A stretch of 64,000 nucleotides of DNA, from contig CAXXSR010000001.1 in the NCBI GenBank assembly GCA_963662615.2, positions 1,376,001 to 1,440,000 of the forward strand. The letters are read 5' to 3'. The notes under the pieces were generated by a model. It did not search any database and was not told the origin of the DNA. It worked only from the letters and a program-made list of their open reading frames with translations. This DNA comes from Dehalococcoidia bacterium. GTDB lineage: Bacteria; Chloroflexota; Dehalococcoidia; Bin125. The position numbers and the translations under genes are program-made. Below, piece after piece: positions 30,838-40,726 of the stretch. Within the stretch, counting starts at the first letter, position 1, and every line of letters begins with the position of its first letter.

Positions 30838-31449
30838 ATGGCTTCGAACGATGCGCAGCGCTACCCCGTCCGCTTCGATGTGGACTACCCGGAGAGCCTC
30901 GATCGCTTTAGCTCGATCCTCCGCATCCTCTTCGTCATCCCTATCTTCATTGTGCTGGCACTACTGACGGCCAGCTACGGTGGAGACTACGGGGGCGCGG
31001 CAGGCCTCGTCTTCCTGCCCACACTTCTGCTGATCGTTTTTCGCCGCAAGTACCCCCGCTGGTGGTTCAACTGGAACCTCGAGCTCCTCCGCTTCACGAA
31101 CCGCGTTTTCGCCTACCTGTTGCTCCTCACCGACCGCTTCCCTTCCACCGACGAGGAACAGTCCGTCCATCTAACGATCGAGTACCCCGATGCCGAGCGC
31201 AATCTCCATCGCTGGCTCCCATTGGTGAAGTGGCTCCTCGCCCTCCCCCACTACGTCGTTCTGATCTTCCTCCTGCTCGCAACGGTGGTCGCGGTCGTCA
31301 TCGCCTGGTTCGCGATCCTCCTCACAGCTCGCTACCCGCGCGGACTCTTCGATTTCGTCGTCGGAGTCATGCGCTGGGGCAACCGCGTGCAGGCCTACGC
31401 GTTTCTCCTCACCACCGACCGCTACCCTCCCTTCCGTCTCAGCGAGTAG
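30838..31449 (+). CDS. DUF4389 membrane protein
   Basis: Two repeats of YPR..F.....R...RV.AY..LLTD.YP. Confidence 0.9.
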   Translation: MASNDAQRYPVRFDVDYPESLDRFSSILRILFVIPIFIVLALLTASYGGDYGGAAGLVFLPTLLLIVFRRKYPRWWFNWNLELLRFTNRVFAYLLLLTDRFPSTDEEQSVHLTIEYPDAERNLHRWLPLVKWLLALPHYVVLIFLLLATVVAVVIAWFAILLTARYPRGLFDFVVGVMRWGNRVQAYAFLLTTDRYPPFRLSE

Positions 31450-31468
31450 AGCGCCACCCGAGGCGGCC

Positions 31469-31948
31469 GTGAGCACCTCAGGGACGAACCGCCACACCTC
31501 CCAGTTCTGCTTCCCCCCGCTGGGCCACCTCCTCGCGCTCGCCGCCGGGTTGGCCCTGCACTTCCGTTGCCGAAGGCTGCCTCTTTTCCCCCAGGGCTGG
31601 ATCGGGCAGGCGCTCGGCTGGCCACTCGCGGGCGCTGGCGGCCTCCTCATGCTCTGGGGAGTCAAGACGATGCGCCGGGCGGGCGAGGATCCCGCTTCCG
31701 ACAAGCCCACCGCCGCCATCATCTCCACGGGGCCGTTCGCCTTCAGCCGCAATCCGCTCTATGTCGCGCTCAACCTCGCCTACCTGGGGATCACGCTCAT
31801 CGTCAACACGGTCTGGCCGCTGCCCCTTGTGGCGCCTGCCATCGCCTTTGTGCACTGTGTGGTCATCCCGCGCGAGGAGCGCTACCTCGAGGCCAGCTTC
31901 GGCGACGAGTATCGCGCCTACCAGCGCCGCGTCCCGCGATGGTGCTAG
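31469..31948 (+). CDS. Isoprenylcysteine carboxylmethyltransferase/PEMT family protein
   Basis: TGPFAFSRNPLY, REERYL...FGDEYRAY..RVPRW. Confidence 0.88.
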   Translation: MSTSGTNRHTSQFCFPPLGHLLALAAGLALHFRCRRLPLFPQGWIGQALGWPLAGAGGLLMLWGVKTMRRAGEDPASDKPTAAIISTGPFAFSRNPLYVALNLAYLGITLIVNTVWPLPLVAPAIAFVHCVVIPREERYLEASFGDEYRAYQRRVPRWC

Positions 31949-32106
31949 CCGCCACGCACCGCCGCCGCCCACCCCCCACCCGGCCTGCGGAGCGAGTCGT
32001 CGGCCCCGCCGTCGGTCGCGTCACACACGCCACTGCAGGCCCAGTGACCACTCCGTATACTGCGGCTGCGCCCCCATTTCACCTGCTGCACGGAAACGGA
32101 TGCGTC

Positions 32107-32436
32107 ATGGCAACCCCTCCCACAGAGACAGAGATTCCCCTCGGCTTCGGCGGCAGCACCGCTGCGGTGGGCGATCACATTGCGCACTTCTACCGCGGCG
32201 AAGCCGAAATGTTCAGCGTCCTCGGACCCTACATCGCCGCGGGGTTGGAGCGCGACGAACGCTGCGCCGTGATCTGCAGCCCCGACAGCGCCGTCAACTT
32301 CCGCGCCTGGCTCGACGCGCGCGGCCTGGACGCCATCCGCTCCCACCCGCTCTGTATCATGGGTGAAGTTCTCGTGCATAACGCCCTGCATACGGACCCC
32401 ACTGAGCTCTTGGAGGAGCTTGCGGAGCGGATCTAG
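32107..32436 (+). pseudogene. MEDS (DcmR-like sensory) domain protein with internal in-frame deletion
   Basis: GDHIAHFY...YIAAGLERDERC joined directly to the C-terminal RSHP...N motif; only 109 aa. Confidence 0.65.
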
Positions 32437-34779
32437 ATGCCGCAATCGCGTCGAGCCCGCGCCTCAACCAAGCGCAAGCAGGCCAATCCGGCCAAACCAA
32501 CCAAGCCGGCTCGCACGGCTGCGCCCACCCGTCCCCTCTCGGATCCGTTCACGCTGCTTGACCTGGCCACCGCTATCACGCTCGTCCACCGTGAGGAGGA
32601 CGTCGCCCGCTTGGTCGCCTCTGCCGTCACCTCCGCTCTCGCCCTTCCCCTCGGCGCTATGGGCGTCCGCGGCGCCAACGGCGACCTCAGCCTCGTCCTC
32701 GGGCAGCTCGGCTCCGACCCCCTCGACCCCGCGCTCATCGAGGAGCTCCGCGACTACTTCGACCGTGCCGCCGCCGATCGCGTCGAACAGAGCCGGCCCT
32801 CCTGTTCGCAGCTGACGCCGGACGACGACGTCCTCCCCGGCCTCCGCGCCGCCGGTATCAAGCGACTTCTCGTCGCGCTGCTCCGCACCGTCGACGGCGA
32901 CTTCGGCGGCATCATCGCCGGCACCCGCCGGGACCAGCCCTTCGAGCGCCAGCACCAGGCGGTCTTGGAGACGCTCGCCGGCCAGAGCATGGTCGCCATC
33001 CGCCACATCCGCGCCGACGCCGAACGGGCTCGCCTCGCAGAGCGCGTCCAGATCCTCGACCAGCTGATGCGCGTCGCCGCCTCCAGCCTCAACATCGACG
33101 ATGTCTTTGAAGGCGTCTCCACGCAGGTCAAGCGCCTCATCGACTTCGACGCGATGACCGTCGCCCTCCACCGCGCCGGCGACGACGCCCTTCAGGTCCA
33201 TGCGACCGCCGTCCCCGCCGGCGGACCGCTGCGGCCCGGCCTCCGCCTTGGCTTGGATGACGCCCCGCAGGGCGAGGTCATTCGCACCGGGCGACCCGTC
33301 GTCCGCCGCGATGTGCGCACGGACGGCAAATACCCCATCGAGTTTCAGGTCGCTGAGGCCTACGGCACCCGCTCGTCCATGTTCATCCCCCTAACCTCAC
33401 GCGGCCGCGTCTTTGGCTCCCTCAATTTCGCCTCCGCGACGCCCGGACGCTATGGCGACGAACAGGTGCAGCTCGCCCAAGAGATCGCCGACCACCTCGC
33501 CATCGTCGTGGAGCACGGTGTCCTCTATGAAGAAGCCAAGCAAACGGCCACGTTGGAGGAGCGCACACGCCTGGCGCGGGAGATCCACGACACCCTGGCC
33601 CAATCGCTGACCGGCATCGCCATGCAGCTTGAGGCCGCCGAGGACGAACTCGGCGGCGCCGCCCCTTCCGCCGGCGCCTTCATCCAGACCGCCCGCCACC
33701 AGGCTCGCGAAAGCCTGGAAGAGGCGCGTCGCTCCGTCTGGGACCTGCAACCCGCCGCGCTCGAGTCCGGCGCCTTGACCGACGCGCTTCGCCGTGAGGC
33801 CGCCCGCCTCGCCGACGCCGGCCTCGATGTCGCCTTCGACGTCGTCGGCGCTCCCGCCGACCGCATCGACCGCCGCTGCGAGCAGGCGCTCCTCCGCATC
33901 GCCCAGGAGACCTTCAACAACATCCGCCAACACGCCCAGGCCCGCTCCGTCCGCGCCGTCCTCGAATACCGGCCCAGCGAGATTCGGCTGCGCGTCTCCG
34001 ACGACGGTGTCGGCTTCGACCCGGACCGCTCCGTCGGCCTGCTCTCGGCCGGCGGCGGCTTCGGCCTCTCCAGCATGCAGGAGCGCGCCCGCCTCGTGGA
34101 CGGGCAGGTCGAGATTCGCAGCACCCCTGGGGTGGGAACCGAGATCGTCGCCGTCGTTCCCGCCCGCCCTGCCGCCGACGAGCCCCCCGTGCTCACCCAG
34201 ACCTCCGTCACCGCCAACGTCCCCGCCGAGCCCGCCCACCGCATTCGTGTCCTCATCGCCGACGACCACGAGTTGGTGCGCCGGGGCATCCGTCACATGC
34301 TCGAGCAGGTCGCCGACATCGAAGTCGTCGGCGAGGCCGCCGACGGCGAAGAGGCCATCCGTCAGGTGCAGGCCCTCTCGCCGCACGTCCTCCTGCTCGA
34401 CCTGCAGATGCCCACGCTCGACGGCGTCGGCACCCTCCGCCGCCTGCGTGAGATCGGCACCAGCGCGCGCACCATCCTCTTCTCCGTCTTCGCCAAGGAC
34501 GAACAGATCTATGAGGGCGACTCCCTCATCCCCCCCGTCATCGCCGACCGCCTCGTCGAGCGCATCGACTCCGCCACCGGCGCCCATCTCACCGCGCGCG
34601 AGCGCGACATCCTGAACCAGCTCGCCACCGGTGCGCGCAACAAGGAGATCGCCACGGCGCTCTCCCTCAGCGCCGGCACCGTCAAGTGGCACATCAGCAA
34701 CCTCTATCAAAAGCTCAACGTCACCACCCGCACGGAGGCCGTTCGCGTCGCCAGCGACCGCGGCTTCCTCAACACCTAG
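32437..34779 (+). CDS. Hybrid GAF-GAF-HisKA_3-HATPase-REC-LuxR sensor/regulator; REC domain internally deleted
   Basis: AREIHDTLAQ, DDGVGF, GFGLSSMQER, IADDHELVR, LLDLQMP, LTARE...NKEIA..TVKWH. Confidence 0.9.
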   Translation: MPQSRRARASTKRKQANPAKPTKPARTAAPTRPLSDPFTLLDLATAITLVHREEDVARLVASAVTSALALPLGAMGVRGANGDLSLVLGQLGSDPLDPALIEELRDYFDRAAADRVEQSRPSCSQLTPDDDVLPGLRAAGIKRLLVALLRTVDGDFGGIIAGTRRDQPFERQHQAVLETLAGQSMVAIRHIRADAERARLAERVQILDQLMRVAASSLNIDDVFEGVSTQVKRLIDFDAMTVALHRAGDDALQVHATAVPAGGPLRPGLRLGLDDAPQGEVIRTGRPVVRRDVRTDGKYPIEFQVAEAYGTRSSMFIPLTSRGRVFGSLNFASATPGRYGDEQVQLAQEIADHLAIVVEHGVLYEEAKQTATLEERTRLAREIHDTLAQSLTGIAMQLEAAEDELGGAAPSAGAFIQTARHQARESLEEARRSVWDLQPAALESGALTDALRREAARLADAGLDVAFDVVGAPADRIDRRCEQALLRIAQETFNNIRQHAQARSVRAVLEYRPSEIRLRVSDDGVGFDPDRSVGLLSAGGGFGLSSMQERARLVDGQVEIRSTPGVGTEIVAVVPARPAADEPPVLTQTSVTANVPAEPAHRIRVLIADDHELVRRGIRHMLEQVADIEVVGEAADGEEAIRQVQALSPHVLLLDLQMPTLDGVGTLRRLREIGTSARTILFSVFAKDEQIYEGDSLIPPVIADRLVERIDSATGAHLTARERDILNQLATGARNKEIATALSLSAGTVKWHISNLYQKLNVTTRTEAVRVASDRGFLNT

Positions 34780-34787
34780 TCGCTCCC

Positions 34788-34805
34788 CCCTCCCAAACGG
34801 GAGGG
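34788..34805. promoter_or_regulatory. Palindrome CCCTCCC-N4-GGGAGGG, possible NarL/LuxR operator
   Basis: Perfect 7-bp inverted repeat just after the hybrid regulator, no U-tail. Confidence 0.35.
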
Positions 34806-34924
34806 CACGCTCCCTCTCCAATTGCCTGCGGCAAAACCGCCCGAGCAGGAGGCGCGATCAGCCCTCGCCCCTGGCACGCTGGGGGAGAAGAAAGACATCG
34901 CAGGGTGCCGAGAGGAGAGCAGCC

Positions 34925-35116
34925 GTGCCGAACTTCAATTCCAGCCTCCGAGCATTCCGCCTCGGCGCCTGTGAGCGCTGCGGCGGCAATGCTCACTTTG
35001 ACGCCCAGGATGAGGAATGGCGCTGCCTCCAGTGCGGTCGCCCGGCGCAGCCGCCGGTCGCGCTCGCCCTTCCTCCAGAAGGATCCACGCCGCCCGCTGC
35101 GGCTCGCGCCGCCTAG
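34925..35116 (+). CDS. Small Zn-ribbon protein
   Basis: GAGGAG RBS, GTG start; CERCGG...WRCLQCG. Confidence 0.7.
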   Translation: MPNFNSSLRAFRLGACERCGGNAHFDAQDEEWRCLQCGRPAQPPVALALPPEGSTPPAAARAA

Positions 35117-35145
35117 CAAGCTGCCCGCTTTGGAAGGAGAACCCC

Positions 35146-35346
35146 ATGCCGCCACTCCGAGACCTCGTCCACATGCAGCAAGAACCGGTCCGGCGGATCC
35201 GCCGCCGCGCCCTCCAGCGCCGCGAGCACTGGCCTCAGTTCGCCGCTCTGGCGGACGAGCTCGAGGCGTTCGAGCTCGTGACCGTGCCGGTGCCGATACC
35301 CGCGCAGACGCCGGACCCCTGGGTCGGGCCCTCGCGCGCTGCCTAG
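35146..35346 (+). CDS. Small hypothetical protein
   Basis: AAGGAG RBS, ATG, typical codon usage. Confidence 0.5.
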   Translation: MPPLRDLVHMQQEPVRRIRRRALQRREHWPQFAALADELEAFELVTVPVPIPAQTPDPWVGPSRAA

Positions 35347-35427
35347 CTCCCAGCACCGGCCGCGCCGCGGAACGGGGCGCCATGACGAGACGGTACGAAA
35401 CCGCATGGAGACAAGGACACATTTGAA

Positions 35428-36189
35428 ATGGTGACCTTGGTCCACCGAACGCGAACGTCCACCGACGCCGCCAGCGCCTACCGCTTTGAGCGCCTCAGGA
35501 CCGGCCTTGTCCTGCGGGACATGTACTTCACCGCCCGCGATCCCCGGCCCGGGGACCCGGTCCCGGAATTTGATCTCCGCACGCTCGACGGCGGCCGCTT
35601 TCGCTCCGCCGACCTCGCCACCAGCGGTCCCGCGCTCCTGGTCTTCGGCTCCTACACCTGCCCCGTGACGGACAGCTCCGCCCCGGGGCTGCGAGAGCTG
35701 CACGCGCGCTTTGGCGATCACGTGCGATTCGTCATGGTGGCGGTGCGCGAGGCACACCCCGGCGAAAACGCCCCCCAACCCCACGGCTTCGACGAGAAGT
35801 GGGAGCACGCCGCCATGCTGCGCGACCTCCACGGCTTCGACTTCGAGGTCGCCGTCGACGATATCGACGGCTCGCTGCACCGCGCCTTCAGTCCCAAGCC
35901 GAACTCGGCCTACTTGCTGGGATCCGATGGCACGATCCTCTTCCGCGCCCACTGGGCCAATGACACGAAGGCGATCGGAGAGGCGCTGGCCGCGGTCACC
36001 GTGGGACAGCCCCTTCGCCGCACGCGCAGCGGCGGCCTTCGGCCCGTCCTCCGCACGATCCCCCACATCGCCCCGGTCCTGGATCGCGCCGGCCGTCGCG
36101 CCTGGTGGGACATGTGGCGCGCGGCACCGCCAATGGCCGCCGCCGCCGCGCTGTTGCGGCTGCTTCGCCTCACTCCAGGGAGAAACTGA
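35428..36189 (+). CDS. Iodothyronine deiodinase-like thioredoxin-fold protein (Cys form)
   Basis: FGSYTCP, VREAHPG, VDDIDG, PNSAYL. Confidence 0.8.
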   Translation: MVTLVHRTRTSTDAASAYRFERLRTGLVLRDMYFTARDPRPGDPVPEFDLRTLDGGRFRSADLATSGPALLVFGSYTCPVTDSSAPGLRELHARFGDHVRFVMVAVREAHPGENAPQPHGFDEKWEHAAMLRDLHGFDFEVAVDDIDGSLHRAFSPKPNSAYLLGSDGTILFRAHWANDTKAIGEALAAVTVGQPLRRTRSGGLRPVLRTIPHIAPVLDRAGRRAWWDMWRAAPPMAAAAALLRLLRLTPGRN

Positions 36190-36296
36190 CAGGGCCGGCG
36201 CGCGCCCCGGCTCCCGCCTCATCACGATCCGCAGCCGCATCGAAGACGGCACGCTCTTCTACGGCAACGGCGAAGCGGAGTAAGGAGAGAACGGTA

Positions 36297-36644
36297 ATGA
36301 GTAAACCGCAGCCGCTCACGGACGCGACCTTTGACCACGAGGTTCTGGAGAACGACTTGCCCGTCTTGGTCGATTTCTGGGCGCCCTGGTGCGGCCCCTG
36401 CCGTCTCGTCGGACCGATCGTCGAAGAGCTGGCCGCCCACTACGACGGTCGCGTCGCCTTCTACAAGCTCGACACCGATGAGAACCGTGAAACGGCCCGT
36501 CGCTACTCCGTCCGCAGCATTCCCGCCCTCCTCATCTTCAGGGAAGGGGAGCTGGTGAAGCAGATCGTGGGCCTCCGCGCCAAGAACGTGCTCAAGGAAG
36601 CGATCGATTCCGTCCTGACGCAGTCACCAACAGTGCCCGCCTGA
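36297..36644 (+). CDS. trxA: Thioredoxin
   Basis: VDFWAPWCGPC, SIP.L; AAGGAG RBS. Confidence 0.96.
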   Translation: MSKPQPLTDATFDHEVLENDLPVLVDFWAPWCGPCRLVGPIVEELAAHYDGRVAFYKLDTDENRETARRYSVRSIPALLIFREGELVKQIVGLRAKNVLKEAIDSVLTQSPTVPA

Positions 36645-36675
36645 CCAATCGCCAAGAAGGGAAAGAGGACCACCA

Positions 36676-37527
36676 ATGCAGATGCTTGCCGCCCGCACCA
36701 TCATCGCCTCCGCCAGCGTCGCCCTCGCCGCCGGTGTGGCGGGGGCGTTCATCGCCCTCGCCGTCGACGACGGCGACACCACTATCATTCAGGGCCAGCC
36801 GCCTCCCGTCGCCGACGCGACGGGCGCGCTCGCGTCGCCGCCCGCCGCCGCGCCGGCGGTGGCCCTCGACCCGCCGCCCATGCTCATGATCTCCGGCCCG
36901 ACCGGCACCGCTTACCCCACGCGCATCTTTGAGCAGGTGGCGCCCTCCGTCGTCCTCGTCCAGACCCCTACCGGCGGCGGCACCGGCTTCTTCGTCGACA
37001 CGCAGGGACACCTCATCACGAACTAACACGTCGTCCAGGGCAACGACGAGGTCATAATCGACCTCGGGGACGGCAACCGCGTCCGCGGCGAAGTGGTCGG
37101 CGCCTCGCCCGATAACGACCTCGCCGTCGTCAAGATCGACCCCAGCGGCCTCCGCATCGTTCCCGTCCGCCTCGGCGACTCTGACGCCTTGGTCGTGGGC
37201 GAGGCCGTCGCCGCCATCGGCAACCCCTTCGGCTTGGAGCGCACCCTCACCACTGGCATCGTCTCCGCCTTGGACCGCGAACTCCCGCCACTCGAGCCGG
37301 GCCTGGCCCCTCAGCGCGGCGCCATCCAGACCGACACCTCCGTCAACCCCGGCAACTCCGGGGGGCCGCTCATCAACATGGCCGGCGAAGTGGTCGGCGT
37401 GACCTCCGCCGCCATTGGCCCCATCGCCGGTTCGGTCGGGCTCAACTTCGCCATCCCGGTCAACACCGTCGCGCGCCTGCTGCCCGAACTCATCGGCAGC
37501 GCAGTGGCCACGACGCCCGCCCGATAG
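36676..37527 (+). pseudogene. S1C (HtrA-like) serine protease without PDZ, interrupted by in-frame TAA at 37024
   Basis: GTGF..LITN*HVV, DLAVVK, AIGNPFG, NPGNSGG all in one frame. Confidence 0.85.
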
Positions 37528-37599
37528 CTGTCCCCTCCGAAACCCAGGGAGCCGGTCCCCGCCGCCACCCGCTACTCTCCCAGCCGAGGAGCTAGCCCC

Positions 37600-38487
37600 A
37601 TGCCCGAAACCGACGTCTCCGCGCTCGACCCGTATGCACGACACCGCGTCACTCTGCTCGATAGCGAGATGGCCTATGTCGACACTGGCGGCAACGGCGA
37701 CGCCGTCGTCTTCCTGCACGGCAACCCCACCTCGTCGTATCTGTGGCGCAACATCATCCCCCACCTCGCCCCCTTGGCCCGCTGCCTGGCCCCCGATCTG
37801 ATCGGCATGGGCGACTCTGGGCCAGCGGGCGACGGCTCCTACCGCTTCGTCGATCACCGCCGCTACCTGGATGCCTGGTTCAATGCCCTCCTGCCCCACG
37901 AGCGGCTCACCTTCGTGATCCACGACTGGGGCTCGGCCCTCGGCTTCGACTGGGCCCGGCGCCACCCCCACCGCGTCAAAGGGTTGGCCTTCATGGAGGC
38001 GATCGTGCAGGAGTTGAGCTGGGACGACTTCCCCGAGGCCGCGCGTGGCCTCTTCTCGGGCTTCCGCTCCCCGGCGGGTGAGGACATGGTGCTGGAGAAG
38101 AACGTGTTCGTGGAAAACGTGCTGCCCGGGAGCATCCTGCGCGACCTTACGGAGGCCGAGATGGCGGCCTACCGCAAGCCCTACATCAAGCCGGGCGAGT
38201 CTCGTCGCCCGACCCTGACCTGGCCGCGCGAGATCCCGCTCGAGGGCGAGCCCGCGGATGTCGTGCGCATCGTCACGGACAACGCCGCTTGGCTCCGCAC
38301 GAGCGACGTGCCCAAGCTGCTGATCGCCGCCAAGCCCGGCGCCATCCTGACCGGCCGCCCCCTGGAGGCTGCGCGGAACTGGCCCAATACGACGGAGGTC
38401 GCCGTGGCAGGCGTGCACTTTGTCCAGGAGGACTCGCCCCGGGCGATCGGCGAGTCGATCGCGGACTGGTACCGCGCTCTCCCCTGA
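37600..38487 (+). CDS. dhaA: Haloalkane dehalogenase (DhaA/LinB type)
   Basis: HGNPTSSYLWR, nucleophile IHDWGS, acid FMEAI, TWPREIP, HFVQED. Confidence 0.92.
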   Translation: MPETDVSALDPYARHRVTLLDSEMAYVDTGGNGDAVVFLHGNPTSSYLWRNIIPHLAPLARCLAPDLIGMGDSGPAGDGSYRFVDHRRYLDAWFNALLPHERLTFVIHDWGSALGFDWARRHPHRVKGLAFMEAIVQELSWDDFPEAARGLFSGFRSPAGEDMVLEKNVFVENVLPGSILRDLTEAEMAAYRKPYIKPGESRRPTLTWPREIPLEGEPADVVRIVTDNAAWLRTSDVPKLLIAAKPGAILTGRPLEAARNWPNTTEVAVAGVHFVQEDSPRAIGESIADWYRALP

Positions 38488-38594
38488 AGAGGGCCGGTCA
38501 GAAGCTCCGGCCACAACTCCGATCCGACCCGCTCACCCGACTCGGCCGCGGACCCGCGGCCGTCGGCGATGACCAGGTTTCAGCGGTCGCTACC

Positions 38595-40301
38595 TCACCC
38601 GCCGTCGGAGCCTTTGGCGGATCCCACGGCGTCGTAGGCGTCGTAGACCTCGATCTTCTGCCGTCGTTGTTTCTCTTGGCGAACCATGTTGATCGTCCCG
38701 CCTTCACCGAAGCGGTTGCTCTCTGCGAAGTTCACCTCGTTGAGCGCGTAGTCGAACTTGTACTCCTTGGCAACGACACGATCGGCGTACTCGCGCAGGT
38801 GAATGAAGTAAGCCAGGTAGGCGATCGTCTGGTGCAGTGTGAGCGGCGCCCGGCGCAGCGTTCCCCAGATCATGCGCAGCGCAAAACGCCGATGCTGGCT
38901 GCCGCCGGTCAGGTAGTAGCGCAAGATCATCATGGTCTGCTTGATCAGAAACGGGCGATACCGCCCCAGTGGCTTCTGGATGAATGGACGGTCCCGGTGC
39001 TTGCCCCATTGCTCCACGTTCGCCAGCCACCGATCTCCCACCGCGTCCCACGTGTAGATCCGCTGGAAGAGTTCGCGGTATCCGCTGATCAGCTCCTCGT
39101 ACGACATCTGCAACGGTTCGATGTTCGTGTAGCTGAGCGTATTATTCCCCTGGGCTGCCGACCGCAGCCGCCCTGCCTTCTCCAGCCGCTCGTACAGCGG
39201 CGTCCGGGGGATCGCTTGCAGGATGCCGAGCATCACGATCGGCGCGCCCGCGAGCTGCAGGAACTCGTACTGGTCCTCGAAGATCCCTGCATCATCGCTG
39301 TCGAAACCGACGATCATCCCGGCCACGGTGACCATGCCGTAACTCTGTATGGTCTTGATGTCTTCAACCAGATTCGCCGCCACGTTCTGGAACTTTTTGG
39401 TCTCAATCAGGCTCTCTTTGCGCGGCGACTCGATGCCGAGGAAGGCCTCGGTGACGTTCGCCTGGCGCATCAGCTCCAAAAGCTCCGGGTCGCGCACACA
39501 ATCGACGCTCATCTCCACGTACAGGCTCAGAGGCGTTCGGCGGGCTCGGTTCCAGTCGCCCACTGCCTTCAGCATCTGCTTGGCGTACTTGCGGTTGCCC
39601 ACCAGGTTGTCGTCCACGAGCGTGACGAAATCCAGGCCGGCATCAGCCCAGGCCTGTAGCTCCCGCAGCACGTTCTCGATCGGTTTCATGCGGACCTTGC
39701 GACCGTACGTCACGATGATGTCGCAGAACTCGCAGCTGAACGGACAGCCGCGCGTGGTCTGAACGGCGCCGACTCGGTAGGCCTTCGCGTCGAGGAGATC
39801 GAGTCGGGGTGCCGGACTGTCCCTCATGTCGATCTTCTCGGTCTGGACGTAGCGATCCTCGTGCTCGCCCCGCTCCCACGCGTCCAGGAACGCTTTCCAC
39901 GTGTACTCGCCCTCCCCCTCGAAGAGAATGTCGCAGTGCGGGCGGCAGCGCTCGGGCAACACGTTGCAGATCGGGCCACCCATGCAGACGGTGTAGCCGT
40001 TCGACCGGAAGCGGTCGGCCACCTCGAATAGACGCTGCTCTTGAATGCCCATGGCCGACAGAACGATCAAGTCCGCCGCGACCTCGAAGTCGATGGGCTC
40101 GATGTTCTCGTCGACGATCGCAACGTCGTATCGGTCGGGCGTCAGCGCTGCCACCGTGGCCAGCCCCAGCGGCGGCATGACCGTCTTGAAACCGCCGATC
40201 TCCTTAATGAACCCGAAGCTCCAGAAGGAGGGCGGGAACTTCGGGTGGACCATGACGATTCGCTTGCGCTGGCTCCGCCCATTGACGTCTGCTTGCTTCA
40301 T
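38595..40301 (-). CDS. B12-binding radical SAM protein (HpnP/DUF4070-like)
   Basis: PSFWSF, MPPLGLATVAA, RGCPFSCEFC, DDNL, GMIVGFDSD. Confidence 0.9.
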   Translation of the reverse strand: MKQADVNGRSQRKRIVMVHPKFPPSFWSFGFIKEIGGFKTVMPPLGLATVAALTPDRYDVAIVDENIEPIDFEVAADLIVLSAMGIQEQRLFEVADRFRSNGYTVCMGGPICNVLPERCRPHCDILFEGEGEYTWKAFLDAWERGEHEDRYVQTEKIDMRDSPAPRLDLLDAKAYRVGAVQTTRGCPFSCEFCDIIVTYGRKVRMKPIENVLRELQAWADAGLDFVTLVDDNLVGNRKYAKQMLKAVGDWNRARRTPLSLYVEMSVDCVRDPELLELMRQANVTEAFLGIESPRKESLIETKKFQNVAANLVEDIKTIQSYGMVTVAGMIVGFDSDDAGIFEDQYEFLQLAGAPIVMLGILQAIPRTPLYERLEKAGRLRSAAQGNNTLSYTNIEPLQMSYEELISGYRELFQRIYTWDAVGDRWLANVEQWGKHRDRPFIQKPLGRYRPFLIKQTMMILRYYLTGGSQHRRFALRMIWGTLRRAPLTLHQTIAYLAYFIHLREYADRVVAKEYKFDYALNEVNFAESNRFGEGGTINMVRQEKQRRQKIEVYDAYDAVGSAKGSDGG

Positions 40302-40726
40302 CGCGCCCAGCCTTCCAGCGGCCACAACTCCGCCGATCCTGACTCGAGTCACCTTTAGCGCCAGTGATGCCGTTTGCCACCTGCACGTATCCTATGACCC
40401 AGAGCAGATCCACGCTCGCAGCGCCGCCACAACCCCTACCCGACTCGATTACCCGACCCGATCGCCGACCCGCGGCTGATCATCGACGACGTGCCGGCTC
40501 CGCTTGACGAAGCCGCCCCCACCTCCGAGCGGACCCTCCCTGTCTCCCCGGTGGGGGAGGCAGGCCCAACCCGCTCCCCATCCCCCTCCCCCCTGTTCGG
40601 CAGGACCGCGCCCCCCACCGATCTCGCCCTACGCTCGCCGCGCCGCGGACCGCAACGGGTTGATGACGGTCCTATAGTGCGCCGGAACCGTCTGGGCAGC
40701 GCCGCCGTCTGGCTACAGAGAGGGTC

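Noticed and set aside
35640-35670. Selenocysteine in the deiodinase-like protein
   Set aside because: The active-site codon is TGC (Cys)
37024-37026. Stop-codon recoding in the protease
   Set aside because: TAA is not a Sec or Pyl codon and is used as a normal stop elsewhere in this window
34925-40301. RiPP cluster (small ORFs, radical SAM, protease)
   Set aside because: The radical SAM is HpnP-like without SPASM/RRE features, lies on the opposite strand, and the small ORFs do not resemble precursors
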